Assembly: GCA_964409765.1 (NCBI GenBank)
Contig: CAYPEM010000003.1
Location: 80,645-144,644 of the forward strand
Length of the DNA stretch: 64,000 nucleotides
Source: an uncultured Chitinophagaceae bacterium
GTDB lineage: Bacteria > Bacteroidota > Ignavibacteria > UBA10030 > UBA8401
Direction of reading: 5' to 3'
The position numbers and the translations under genes were made by a program. Position 1 is the first letter of the stretch. Every line of letters begins with the position of its first letter. Below the pieces are notes generated by a model. It saw only the letters and a list, made by a program, of their open reading frames with translations, did no database searches and was not told the DNA's origin. Shown one piece after another: positions 17,391 through 27,587 of the stretch.

Positions 17391-18752
17391 ATGAAATCAA
17401 AAATCCGCATAGCATCGGGACAGGGATTCTGGGGTGATCTTCAGAGGGCACCGATCGATCAGGTTCGCAATGGACAGATCGATTATATGATGCTTGATTA
17501 TCTTGCTGAAGTGACGATGTCAATTATGCAGAAGCAGAAATTGAAAGATCCGAAACTTGGCTATGCGAAAGATCTGGTTCAGTTGTTCGATGAGATTCTT
17601 CCTGATATTATTAAAAAAGGAATTAAAGTCATTACCAACGGCGGCGGAGTAAATCCGTTGGCGTGTCGTGATGCGATCTTTGCCGTTGCAAAAAAGCATA
17701 ATATCAAAAATTTAAAAATTGGTGTCGTGTTTGGTGATGATATTCTTCCTGAAATAGATGCTCTTGCTGCAAAGAATATTCCATTGAATAATATGGAAAC
17801 CGGGGAGAAACTTTCTTCTGTCCGGAATCATGTGATCAGTGCAAATGTTTATTTCGGAGCACAGCTGATCGTTGAAGCGCTTCGTCAAGGAGCACAGATT
17901 ATCATTACCGGACGGACGACTGATACAGGTCTAACGCTTGCTCCGATGGTGTACGAGTTTGATTGGAAGTGGGATGACTGGAATAAGATCGCAGCCGGAA
18001 CAGTTGCGGGACATATCCTTGAATGCGGCGGTCAGGCAAGCGGCGGAAATTTTACGGGTGATTGGCGAAATGTTCCTGATCTGGCAAATATTGGATTTCC
18101 CATTGCTGAAGCGTTTCCCGATGGTAAATTTATCATCACCAAACATGAAAATACTGGCGGGCTTGTTTCAAGTGCAACTGTAAAAGAACAGTTGCTGTAC
18201 GAAATTGGTAATCCGAAAAATTACATTACTCCCGATTGCATCGCCGATTTCACATCGATTCGATTGAATGATGTCGGAGCGAACAGGGTAGAAGTATTCG
18301 GAATTGAAGGAAGCCCTGCCACAGATTCATACAAAGTCTCAATGGCGTACTTCGATGGATATACGGCATTTTCTACGTTAACCTACGCCTGGCCTGATGC
18401 GTTGGATAAAGCAAAAAAAGCGGATGAAATTCTTCGTGTCCGGTTGAAGAATCTCAATATTGAATTTGAAGAAATACGTACAGAGTTTTTGGGGTATAAT
18501 TCTTCATTTGGTCCTCTTTCGGAACATCCGGAGCATTTAAACGAAGTTGTTTTGCGTGTCGGTGTTCGCGGAAAAGATAAGAATGCGATTGAGCGATTCA
18601 GTCGTGAAATTGCGCCACTTATTTTGACCGGACCGCCGTCTGTAACCGGATTTGCAGCAGGAAGACCAAAACCGAGTGAAGTTATTGCATATTGGCCCGC
18701 TTTGATACCGAAATCTGCTGTAACTCCGAAAGTTGAGGTGGTGACACTTTGA
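17391..18752 (+). CDS. AtuA-family (DUF1446) protein of unknown biochemical function
   Basis: N-terminus IRIASGQGFWGDLQRAPIDQVRNGQIDYMMLDYLAEVTM and ITGRTTDTGL...GHILECGGQASGGNF match my recollection of the acyclic-terpene-utilisation AtuA/DUF1446 family. Starts 6 nt after the aspS stop. Confidence 0.65.
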   Translation: MKSKIRIASGQGFWGDLQRAPIDQVRNGQIDYMMLDYLAEVTMSIMQKQKLKDPKLGYAKDLVQLFDEILPDIIKKGIKVITNGGGVNPLACRDAIFAVAKKHNIKNLKIGVVFGDDILPEIDALAAKNIPLNNMETGEKLSSVRNHVISANVYFGAQLIVEALRQGAQIIITGRTTDTGLTLAPMVYEFDWKWDDWNKIAAGTVAGHILECGGQASGGNFTGDWRNVPDLANIGFPIAEAFPDGKFIITKHENTGGLVSSATVKEQLLYEIGNPKNYITPDCIADFTSIRLNDVGANRVEVFGIEGSPATDSYKVSMAYFDGYTAFSTLTYAWPDALDKAKKADEILRVRLKNLNIEFEEIRTEFLGYNSSFGPLSEHPEHLNEVVLRVGVRGKDKNAIERFSREIAPLILTGPPSVTGFAAGRPKPSEVIAYWPALIPKSAVTPKVEVVTL

Positions 18753-19072
18753 AAATTCAACTTATTCAAATTGCACACGCTCGATCCGGAGACAAGGGTG
18801 ATACAGGAAATGTCGGAGTTATTGCCCGCAAACCCGAATATTATCCGTTACTGGTAAAGTATCTTACTGTTGAAAAAGTGAAGAAACATTTTGAAGGAAT
18901 CTGCCTTGGTCCGGTTGAACGGTTCGAGCTTGCAAATATTGGGGCGCTAAATTTTTTGCTTCATCAATCGCTTGGCGGAGGTGGTACAAAATCATTGAAG
19001 AATGATGCTCAGGGAAAAGTATTGAGCAGTGTGATGTTGAGAATGGAATTAGAAATTGAGGAATCATTATAA
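18749..19072 (+). CDS. Small protein resembling the C-terminal domain of long-form AtuA proteins
   Basis: A TTG start overlaps the AtuA stop (TTTGA). The motif AHARSGDKGDTGNVGV...ALNFLLHQSLGGGGTKSLKNDAQGK resembles, from memory, the C-terminal ~100 aa of fused AtuA proteins. Its stop overlaps the prfB ATG (TAATG). Confidence 0.45.
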   Translation: MKIQLIQIAHARSGDKGDTGNVGVIARKPEYYPLLVKYLTVEKVKKHFEGICLGPVERFELANIGALNFLLHQSLGGGGTKSLKNDAQGKVLSSVMLRMELEIEESL

Positions 19073-20182
19073 TGTTTGAAGCATCGAAAATAGAATTACA
19101 AAAACTGCAGGAACGTCTCACCCAACTCCGGGGGTATCTTTGACATCGAAGTCAAACAAAGTGAAATAGATGCCCTCCAGCAAAAAACGACAGAACCGAA
19201 TTTCTGGAATGATAATGTTGCCGCACAGAAAGTGATGCAAGAGATCAATTCTCGTAAATCGTGGGTTGATTCCTGGACGACATCGAAGCGCATGCTTGAT
19301 GATGCGCAGACACTTATTGAACTTGCTGAAGAATCACTGGATGAATCATTGCAAAATGACATTGACCATGAATTATTGAAGGTCAAGAACGGATTTGCCG
19401 ATCTTGAATTCAGAAATATGCTCAGCGGCGCGGATGATAAACGGACTGCAATTTTGACGGTCCATTCGGGCGCAGGAGGAACTGAATCACAGGACTGGGC
19501 GGAAATGTTATTGCGGATGTATTCTCGCTGGTGTGAGAAGAAAGGATATAAAATTTCTCTTGCTGAACGGCAGGATGGGGATGGAGCAGGAATTAAAAGT
19601 GCAACGATCGAAGTAGTCGGCGATTATGCATTTGGATATTTAAAAGCTGAAATTGGTGTCCATCGTTTAGTGAGGATATCTCCCTTTGATGCCAATAAAC
19701 GTCGTCATACCTCTTTTGCATCCGTATTTGTCTATCCTGAAATAGAAGATGATGTAGAGATCGAAGTCAATCCCGCCGATGTTGAGATGGATACGTACCG
19801 TGCCGGCGGAAAAGGGGGACAGAATGTCAATAAAGTTGAGACCGCGGTTCGACTGCGACATATCCCGAGCGGTGTTGTTGTTGCGTGTCAGGAAGAACGT
19901 TCGCAATTCCAAAATCGCGAACGTGCCATGAAAATGTTGAAATCCCGTTTATATCAAATTCGAAAAGAAGAAGAAGAAGCTCGACTTGCAGCCATTGAAG
20001 GAACAAAAAAGAAAATTGAATGGGGTAGTCAGATCCGTTCGTATGTTTTCCATCCTTATAATATGGTAAAAGATCATCGCACCGAAGAAGAGACCAGTGA
20101 CACACAAGGTGTGATGGATGGCGAGCTGGATAAATTCATCAAAGCGTACTTAATGCAATCCAGCAATCACAACGTTGCTTAA
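19072..20182 (+). CDS. prfB: Peptide chain release factor 2, expressed through a programmed +1 ribosomal frameshift
   Basis: Frame-0 ORF ATG 19072...CTT(19138-19140) TGA(19141-19143) encodes [23 protein letters not shown]. The +1 frame from 19142 continues [24 protein letters not shown]... into the 316-aa ORF. That ORF carries the RF2 SPF motif (RISPFD) and GGQ ([11 protein letters not shown]). Confidence 0.93.
19129..19145 (+). other. prfB +1 frameshift site (internal SD-like GGGGG + CTT TGA C)
   Basis: CGGGGGTATCTTTGAC matches the classical autoregulatory RF2 recoding signal (AGGGGGTATCTTTGAC in E. coli) except for its first base. Confidence 0.9.
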
Positions 20183-20183
20183 T

Positions 20184-21413
20184 ATGAATTTTACTTCATT
20201 TACTGCAATACGGTTTCTACGATTCAAAAAATCTTCTCGTTCACAGAGTTTCATCTCATTTGTTACTCTTATTGCCATCACCGGAGTAATGCTCGGTGTT
20301 GCATCACTTATTATTGCGCTGACGATTCTCGGCGGTTTTGAAAAAGAATTAAAAGAAAAAGTGATCGGGTTTGCAACACACATTCAAATAACGACGTACA
20401 CTAATCAACCAATCCGATATTATCAGAATGTAGAAGTAAAATTAAAAAAAGAGATTCCGCAAATTCGTTCTATCTCGGCTTATGTCGCCAAAGAGGGGAT
20501 GGTCAATTTTAGAGATGTGACCGAAGGAATTATATTGAAGGGGATGGAACAGGTTTCCGTTGAATCCGGCGTAAAAAAATATCTTATCCAAGGAGAAATC
20601 AATTTTGAAAAAATTGATGAAGGATTATATGGCTGTGTGATTGGCAGGAAATTATTGAATACCCTTGGAGCGAACCTTGCCGATACAGTCTTGGTATTCG
20701 GTCTTCAGGGACATATTCAAACATCTATTGCTCCGAATGTAATTGCGTTTGTCATACAGGGTGTCTATGAATCGGGAATGGCTGAATATGATGACATTTA
20801 TCTTTTTGCAGGAATTCCTGCGGTTCAGCAGTTGATTAATTTTGATGATGCTGTTACAGGGTTTGAAGTGATGGTGAATAACGTTGATGATTCTCCTGAA
20901 ATTGCCAAAGTTATTATGGATACTCTTGGCTATCCATTTAACGCACGAACGCTGTTTCAATTATATCGAAATCTATTTACTTGGATCGAATTGCAGAAAG
21001 AGCCTATTCCGTTGATTCTAGGGCTTATTATAGCTGTTGCCGCAGTGAATATCATCGGCACACTATTAATGCTTGTTCTTGAAAAGCGTAAGCAAGTCGG
21101 AATTCTGCGATCATTGGGAGCATCAGCAAAGGATATCAAAAGAATTTTTTTGATGAACGGAACGATTATAGCAATTGTCGGAATTTTCCTCGGAAATATT
21201 TTTGCTTTTTCAGTTTGCTGGCTGCAGTTGAAGTATCAGTTCTTTTCTCTCCCTTCCACAATTTATTTTATGAAGACTGTTCCGATATACTTTAAGATTG
21301 AGAATTTTGCAATAGTATCGCTTATTAGCTTTGTTATGTGCATTATTGCAGCCTATATTCCGGCACGGCTTGCCTCAAAACTTGATCCGATTAAAGCAAT
21401 TCGGTTAGGATAA
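20184..21413 (+). CDS. lolE: Lipoprotein-releasing system permease (LolC/LolE family, FtsX-like)
   Basis: N-terminus MNFTSFTAIRFLRFKK (IA-RYL-type motif). MacB-like periplasmic domain plus a C-terminal FtsX 3-TM bundle (ILRSLGASAKDIKRIF). The track start at 20175 is a TTG inside the prfB tail, so ATG 20184 is preferred. The lolC versus lolE assignment is arbitrary. Confidence 0.8.
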   Translation: MNFTSFTAIRFLRFKKSSRSQSFISFVTLIAITGVMLGVASLIIALTILGGFEKELKEKVIGFATHIQITTYTNQPIRYYQNVEVKLKKEIPQIRSISAYVAKEGMVNFRDVTEGIILKGMEQVSVESGVKKYLIQGEINFEKIDEGLYGCVIGRKLLNTLGANLADTVLVFGLQGHIQTSIAPNVIAFVIQGVYESGMAEYDDIYLFAGIPAVQQLINFDDAVTGFEVMVNNVDDSPEIAKVIMDTLGYPFNARTLFQLYRNLFTWIELQKEPIPLILGLIIAVAAVNIIGTLLMLVLEKRKQVGILRSLGASAKDIKRIFLMNGTIIAIVGIFLGNIFAFSVCWLQLKYQFFSLPSTIYFMKTVPIYFKIENFAIVSLISFVMCIIAAYIPARLASKLDPIKAIRLG

Positions 21414-22633
21414 TGAAATATACTTTTTTCATAGCGAAACGATACCTCCTTGCAAAAAAAGATGCAAGTTTTATCACTGTTATATCATTGATATCAATTT
21501 TCGGAGTGACAATTGGTGTTGCAGCGTTAATCGTTGTTCTTTCAGTTTTTAATGGCTTTAATGGTCTTGTATCAGATATTTTAATTGGATTTGATCCTCA
21601 CGTACGGATTCAAGCGTCAAAGAAAACAACATCCGATGATTTCCTGAAATTGAAAAATAAACTTTCTGCACTTAATGTAATTGATGCCCAATCAGAATTT
21701 GTTTCTGGAAAAGGAATGTTAGTTTCGAAAAAAACGACAAAAGTGATTTTTATTAGAGGATTGGAAACGGAAGCCATTCCTAAAGTCTCCGGTGTAACAT
21801 CAAGTTTGATAATTGGAACGACAAATTTTACGAAGGAAAATCATGAGATTGTTATCGGATATAGTCTCGCTGATAAATTAGGTATCGGAGTTGATGATAC
21901 CGTATATGTCGTAACGACTGCCGGTGTTCAAAACGCATTGTCCGGAATTGCATTACCGCAATTGTTTGCACTGAAAGTTGTAGGGATTTATGAAGCAAGA
22001 AACAAGGATTATGACGGACTTTATGCTTTCACTTCGCTGCAAACGTCACAACAATTATTTGCCGCCAAGAATCCTCAAGGTTTTGATATTCGATTGAAAT
22101 CTATTGATGATACAGAATCATTTGTTGAATCAATACAAACGGAATATGGAGGACAATTTATTGTTCAATCGTGGTATGATCTTCACAAAGATCTCTATTC
22201 GGTCATGCAAGTAGAACGATGGACTGCATTCATCATCCTTACATTGATTATTGCTGTGGCTTCATTCAATCTATTGGGCTCGTTGACAATGACAGTGATA
22301 GAAAAAACTCGAGATATTGGAATTCTAAAAGCAATGGGTGCAACGCAGAAAGATATTCTTTCAATCTTCCGTCTTGAAGGATTTCTTGTTGGAATATTCG
22401 GATCTCTTTTTGGACTTGGTTTGGGAACATTGATCTGCTGGATGCAAATTAAGTTCCAACTGTTTGCACTCGATTCAAACGTTTATATCATACCGGCAAT
22501 TCCGATTGAAATGAGGATTTCGGATCTGATTCTCGTTCCTCTTTCAGCATTAATTCTCTGTTCACTGGCAGCACACTATCCGTCAAAACGTGCGGCACAA
22601 CTACTGCCGTCAGACGCAGTTCGTTGGGAGTAA
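21413..22633 (+). CDS. lolC: Lipoprotein-releasing system permease (LolC/LolE family), paralog of the upstream gene
   Basis: MKYTFFIAKRYLLAKKD..., the same architecture and ILKAMGATQKDILSIF. TAATG junction with the upstream gene. Confidence 0.8.
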   Translation: MKYTFFIAKRYLLAKKDASFITVISLISIFGVTIGVAALIVVLSVFNGFNGLVSDILIGFDPHVRIQASKKTTSDDFLKLKNKLSALNVIDAQSEFVSGKGMLVSKKTTKVIFIRGLETEAIPKVSGVTSSLIIGTTNFTKENHEIVIGYSLADKLGIGVDDTVYVVTTAGVQNALSGIALPQLFALKVVGIYEARNKDYDGLYAFTSLQTSQQLFAAKNPQGFDIRLKSIDDTESFVESIQTEYGGQFIVQSWYDLHKDLYSVMQVERWTAFIILTLIIAVASFNLLGSLTMTVIEKTRDIGILKAMGATQKDILSIFRLEGFLVGIFGSLFGLGLGTLICWMQIKFQLFALDSNVYIIPAIPIEMRISDLILVPLSALILCSLAAHYPSKRAAQLLPSDAVRWE

Positions 22634-23304
22634 TGATGATTCTCGAAGTTAAAAATGTAAAGAAATTATATCAAACAGGAATTTCAAATCAATTGGAAGT
22701 ATTAAAAGGAATTTCTCTTTCAATTGGTGAAGGGGAGGTTATCTCCATTGTAGGACAGTCCGGTGCAGGAAAGAGTACTTTAGTTCACATTCTTGGATTA
22801 TTAGATCGTCCATCAAGCGGTGAAATCATTTTTGATGGAAAGAATGTTACGAACCTTTCCGATGAACAAATATCAAAAATAAGAAATCTCAACATCGGTT
22901 TTGTCTTTCAATTTCATCATTTACTCCCGGAATTTTCTGCATTGGAAAATGTGATGATGCCTGCATTGATTTCAGGTAAAAATGGAAAAGATGAGTTTGC
23001 AAAAGCAAAATCTTTGCTCAGTGAAGTTGGAATGTCTGATAGAGAAAGTCATAAACCAAGTCAGCTTTCCGGCGGGGAACAACAAAGAGTAGCTGTAGCT
23101 AGGTCATTAATGAATTCTCCAAAAATTATCTTTGCCGATGAGCCATCAGGCAATTTGGATTTTGAAAATGCCGAAATCCTTCACGATCTTCTCTTTAGTC
23201 TTCGTTTAAAATATAATCAAACCTTCGTTATTGTAACCCACAATAAGGACCTTGCTAAACGGTCAGATCGAATAATTACTCTTTCGAATGGTTTAGTTGC
23301 ATAA
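22633..23304 (+). CDS. lolD: Lipoprotein-releasing system ATP-binding protein
   Basis: Walker A GQSGAGKSTL. LolD-typical GFVFQFHHLLPEFSALENV. LSGGEQQRVAVAR and IIFADEPSGNLD. ATG 22633 overlaps the upstream stop (TAATG); the track's TTG at 22624 is less likely. Confidence 0.9.
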   Translation: MMILEVKNVKKLYQTGISNQLEVLKGISLSIGEGEVISIVGQSGAGKSTLVHILGLLDRPSSGEIIFDGKNVTNLSDEQISKIRNLNIGFVFQFHHLLPEFSALENVMMPALISGKNGKDEFAKAKSLLSEVGMSDRESHKPSQLSGGEQQRVAVARSLMNSPKIIFADEPSGNLDFENAEILHDLLFSLRLKYNQTFVIVTHNKDLAKRSDRIITLSNGLVA

Positions 23305-23323
23305 AATTTGACGAAAATGACTA

Positions 23324-23352
23324 TTGACAAAGGACTATTTTGTCGTTATATT
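23324..23352 (+). promoter_or_regulatory. sigma70-type promoter of groES-groEL
   Basis: TTGACA (23324-23329) - 17 nt - TATATT (23347-23352). The -10 box abuts/overlaps the CIRCE operator. Confidence 0.7.
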
Positions 23353-23377
23353 AGCACTCAGAGCTAAAGAGTGCTAA
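23351..23377 (+). promoter_or_regulatory. CIRCE operator (HrcA binding site)
   Basis: TTAGCACTC-agagctaaa-GAGTGCTAA is a perfect match to the CIRCE consensus TTAGCACTC-N9-GAGTGCTAA. It lies 53 nt upstream of groES. Confidence 0.95.
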
Positions 23378-23429
23378 TATACAATTCTACTATAAGTTAC
23401 ACTAAATCAATATGTTATAAGGAGGTAGT

Positions 23430-23720
23430 ATGAAAATTCACCCATTATCAGATCGAATTGTTGTAAAACCAGCTGAAGCAGAAGAAAAGACTAAAGGTGG
23501 TCTTTACCTTCCCGACACAGCAAAAGAAAAACCAGTTTGGGGAGAAGTTATTGCTGTAGGACCTGGTAAAACAACCGATGAAGGTAAAAAAATTGCAATG
23601 GAAGTAAAAGTTGGGGATAAAGTATTATATGGAAAATATTCCGGCACAGAAGTATCAGTTGACGGACAAGAAGTTCTCATTATGCGTGAAAGCGACATCT
23701 TTGCAATAATGCCGAAATAA
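23430..23720 (+). CDS. groES: Co-chaperonin GroES
   Basis: 96 aa. [43 protein letters not shown]. Confidence 0.97.
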   Translation: MKIHPLSDRIVVKPAEAEEKTKGGLYLPDTAKEKPVWGEVIAVGPGKTTDEGKKIAMEVKVGDKVLYGKYSGTEVSVDGQEVLIMRESDIFAIMPK

Positions 23721-25391
<1,671 letters not shown>

Positions 25392-25428
25392 TATTTCCCG
25401 AAACCATTCAAAGGTTTTTTATCAAAAT

Positions 25429-25464
25429 AACCCTCAGTCAAAGTTCTTGGCTGAGGGTTTTTTA
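25429..25464 (+). terminator. Rho-independent terminator after groEL
   Basis: AACCCTCAG-tcaaagttcttgg-CTGAGGGTT followed by TTTTTATTTT. Confidence 0.8.
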
Positions 25465-25481
25465 TTTTCTATATTGCAGAA

Positions 25482-26696
25482 ATGAAAGGAATATACTCTA
25501 TGTCTATTCAGAATAAAATTGATCAAATCCAGCAAAAACTTCAAGAATATAAATTTGACGGATGGTTGATCTACAATTTCCGCGGTACCAATCAATTCGC
25601 TTCTAAAATCCTTGAGATGACATCCGGTAAATTATCATCTCGTCGATATTTTTATTTCATTCCTGCGAAAGGTGTACCGCAGAAATTGGTACATAGCATT
25701 GAGCAATACGATCTTGACCACTTGCCTGGAGAAAAGACGATTTATAATCAATGGAAAACACTTCATGAAGGATTGAAAAAACTTCTTTCTGGATCCAAAA
25801 ATATCTGCATGGAATACTCCCCGAACAATGATATCCCATATCTTTCAAAAGTTGATGCAGGAACCCTTGAGTTTATCAGGACATTTGGCGTTAATATTGT
25901 TTCTTCCGGAGACATTGTTCAATATTTTGAAGCGCGATGGAATGATGAGCAATATAACGATGCTCAGGATACGGCAAATATTTTATTGGATACCATTGAT
26001 AAAGCATTCAACTTTATCGGTGATACTTTACGGAATAACAAAAAAGTAACAGAGTACGATGTTCAACAATTGATCATGAGTGAATTTGCAAATCATAATC
26101 TAGTAACCTATGCGCCTGCAAATTGTTCAGTTAATGGTAATGGTGCGAATCCGCATTATGACCCCAGTTCAGAACAATCTTCGGAGATTAAAAAGGGTGA
26201 TTATGTTCTTATCGATTGGTGGGCTAAGAAGAATAAACCCGGTGCTGTGTACGCAGATTTTACGTGGGTTGGATATGCTGGGAAAGAAATCCCTAAAAAA
26301 TATCAAGAAGTGTTTGATATAGTAAAAGGATCACGCGATGCTGCTGTTGAGTATCTTAAAAAAGAGATGGCATCAGGGAATAAAGTTCGTGGTTGTGATG
26401 TGGATGATGTTACCCGAAAATTCATTGAAGATCGGGGCTATGGGAAGTATTTTGTCCATCGAACCGGACATAATATCGGAGAAGAAGTTCATGGAAATGG
26501 AACGCATATTGATAATTTTGAAACGATGGATGTACGGGAAATTATCCCTGAAACTTGTTTTTCCATTGAACCCGGAATCTATTTACCCGGAGAATTTGGT
26601 ATCCGATTGGAAATCGATGTATATATCTCAAAGAACAACGAAGTGATATTGCTTGGCAATAAGTATCAAAAAGAAATTGTTACAATAAATTGTTAA
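25482..26696 (+). CDS. M24-family Xaa-Pro aminopeptidase/dipeptidase
   Basis: Pita-bread fold metal ligands in context (DWWAKK...ADFTWVG, HRTGHNIGEEVHG, SIEPGIYLPGEFGIRLEIDV). The start may be ATG 25500 (MSIQNK...) rather than 25482. Confidence 0.8.
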   Translation: MKGIYSMSIQNKIDQIQQKLQEYKFDGWLIYNFRGTNQFASKILEMTSGKLSSRRYFYFIPAKGVPQKLVHSIEQYDLDHLPGEKTIYNQWKTLHEGLKKLLSGSKNICMEYSPNNDIPYLSKVDAGTLEFIRTFGVNIVSSGDIVQYFEARWNDEQYNDAQDTANILLDTIDKAFNFIGDTLRNNKKVTEYDVQQLIMSEFANHNLVTYAPANCSVNGNGANPHYDPSSEQSSEIKKGDYVLIDWWAKKNKPGAVYADFTWVGYAGKEIPKKYQEVFDIVKGSRDAAVEYLKKEMASGNKVRGCDVDDVTRKFIEDRGYGKYFVHRTGHNIGEEVHGNGTHIDNFETMDVREIIPETCFSIEPGIYLPGEFGIRLEIDVYISKNNEVILLGNKYQKEIVTINC

Positions 26697-26702
26697 ATAT
26701 CA

Positions 26703-26733
26703 CTTGACCGTCACCTTCAAGGTGACGGTCAAG
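26703..26733. terminator. GC-rich perfect 13-bp hairpin between the peptidase and SDR genes (terminator-like)
   Basis: CTTGACCGTCACC-ttcaa-GGTGACGGTCAAG, followed only by TCTTT. The ORF track's TTG start at 26704 would translate straight through it. Confidence 0.5.
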
Positions 26734-26751
26734 TCTTTAGGAAAACTCATC

Positions 26752-27543
26752 ATGGATTTAAAAATTAAAGATAAAATAGCACTTGTTACTGCTTCAAGCC
26801 AAGGACTGGGAAAAGCCGCTGCAATGTCATTAGCAAAAGAAGGAGTTCATCTTGCAATCTGTTCAAGAGATCCAAAATCAATAAATACAACAGCAGAGGA
26901 AATACAAAATGCAACGGGAGTAAAAGTATTTGCAATTTCTGCTGACGTTTCAAAATCTGCAGATTGCAATAAAATTTATGACCTTGTGATGAGGGAGTAT
27001 GGCCGGATAGATATTCTTGTCAATAATGCCGGAGGTCCTCCGACCGGAAAGATAACTGCATTACCTGATTCAGAATGGGAAAAAGGATTTAATTTAACTA
27101 TGATGAGTATGGTGAGATTAACTCGAACTGTTCTTCCAACAATGGAAAAACAAAACTGGGGAAGAGTGATTACGATTGTTTCTATCTCTGCCAAACAACC
27201 AATTGACGATCTGTTGATCTCATCAACACTGCGTCCTGGAATTTTAGGGATTTCCAAGGTGCTAGCAAATCAATATGGTAGGTTTAATATTACAATAAAT
27301 ACTGTATGTCCCGGTTATACTTTGACAAAACGCCAGGAAGAACTCAGTCGTGCTCGATCAGCAGAAAAGCATATGTCAATGGAAGAATATCTAGCGGATA
27401 GTGCTAAGAATATACCTGTAGGACGACTTGGAAAACCGGAAGAACTGGGTGATGTTGTAGCATTTCTTGCGTCAGAAAACGCAAGTTACATCAACGGAGC
27501 GAACATCGTTGTAGATGGTGGTCAAGCAAAAGGGATATTCTGA
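26752..27543 (+). CDS. SDR-family oxidoreductase (atypical FabG/BKR-like subgroup)
   Basis: Start moved to ATG 26752 (MDLKIKDKIALVTASSQGLGKAAA). Rossmann motif TASSQGLG (imperfect TGxxxGxG) and NNAGG. The expected YxxxK region reads ISSTLRPG. Confidence 0.8.
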   Translation: MDLKIKDKIALVTASSQGLGKAAAMSLAKEGVHLAICSRDPKSINTTAEEIQNATGVKVFAISADVSKSADCNKIYDLVMREYGRIDILVNNAGGPPTGKITALPDSEWEKGFNLTMMSMVRLTRTVLPTMEKQNWGRVITIVSISAKQPIDDLLISSTLRPGILGISKVLANQYGRFNITINTVCPGYTLTKRQEELSRARSAEKHMSMEEYLADSAKNIPVGRLGKPEELGDVVAFLASENASYINGANIVVDGGQAKGIF

Positions 27544-27587
27544 TTTGACTTTCTTGTTACGGATATTATCTTGATAATGTATAGTAT

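Noticed and set aside
19096-19386. 96-aa minus-strand ORF covering the gap upstream of the annotated RF2 ORF
   Set aside because: The apparent gap is explained by the prfB +1 frameshift, and the plus strand is coding throughout.
26704-26751. Longer TTG-initiated version of the SDR gene (MTVTFKVTVKSLGKLI...)
   Set aside because: The extra 16 codons are the translation of the 13-bp GC-rich hairpin between genes. ATG 26752 gives the normal SDR N-terminus (KIALVT...).
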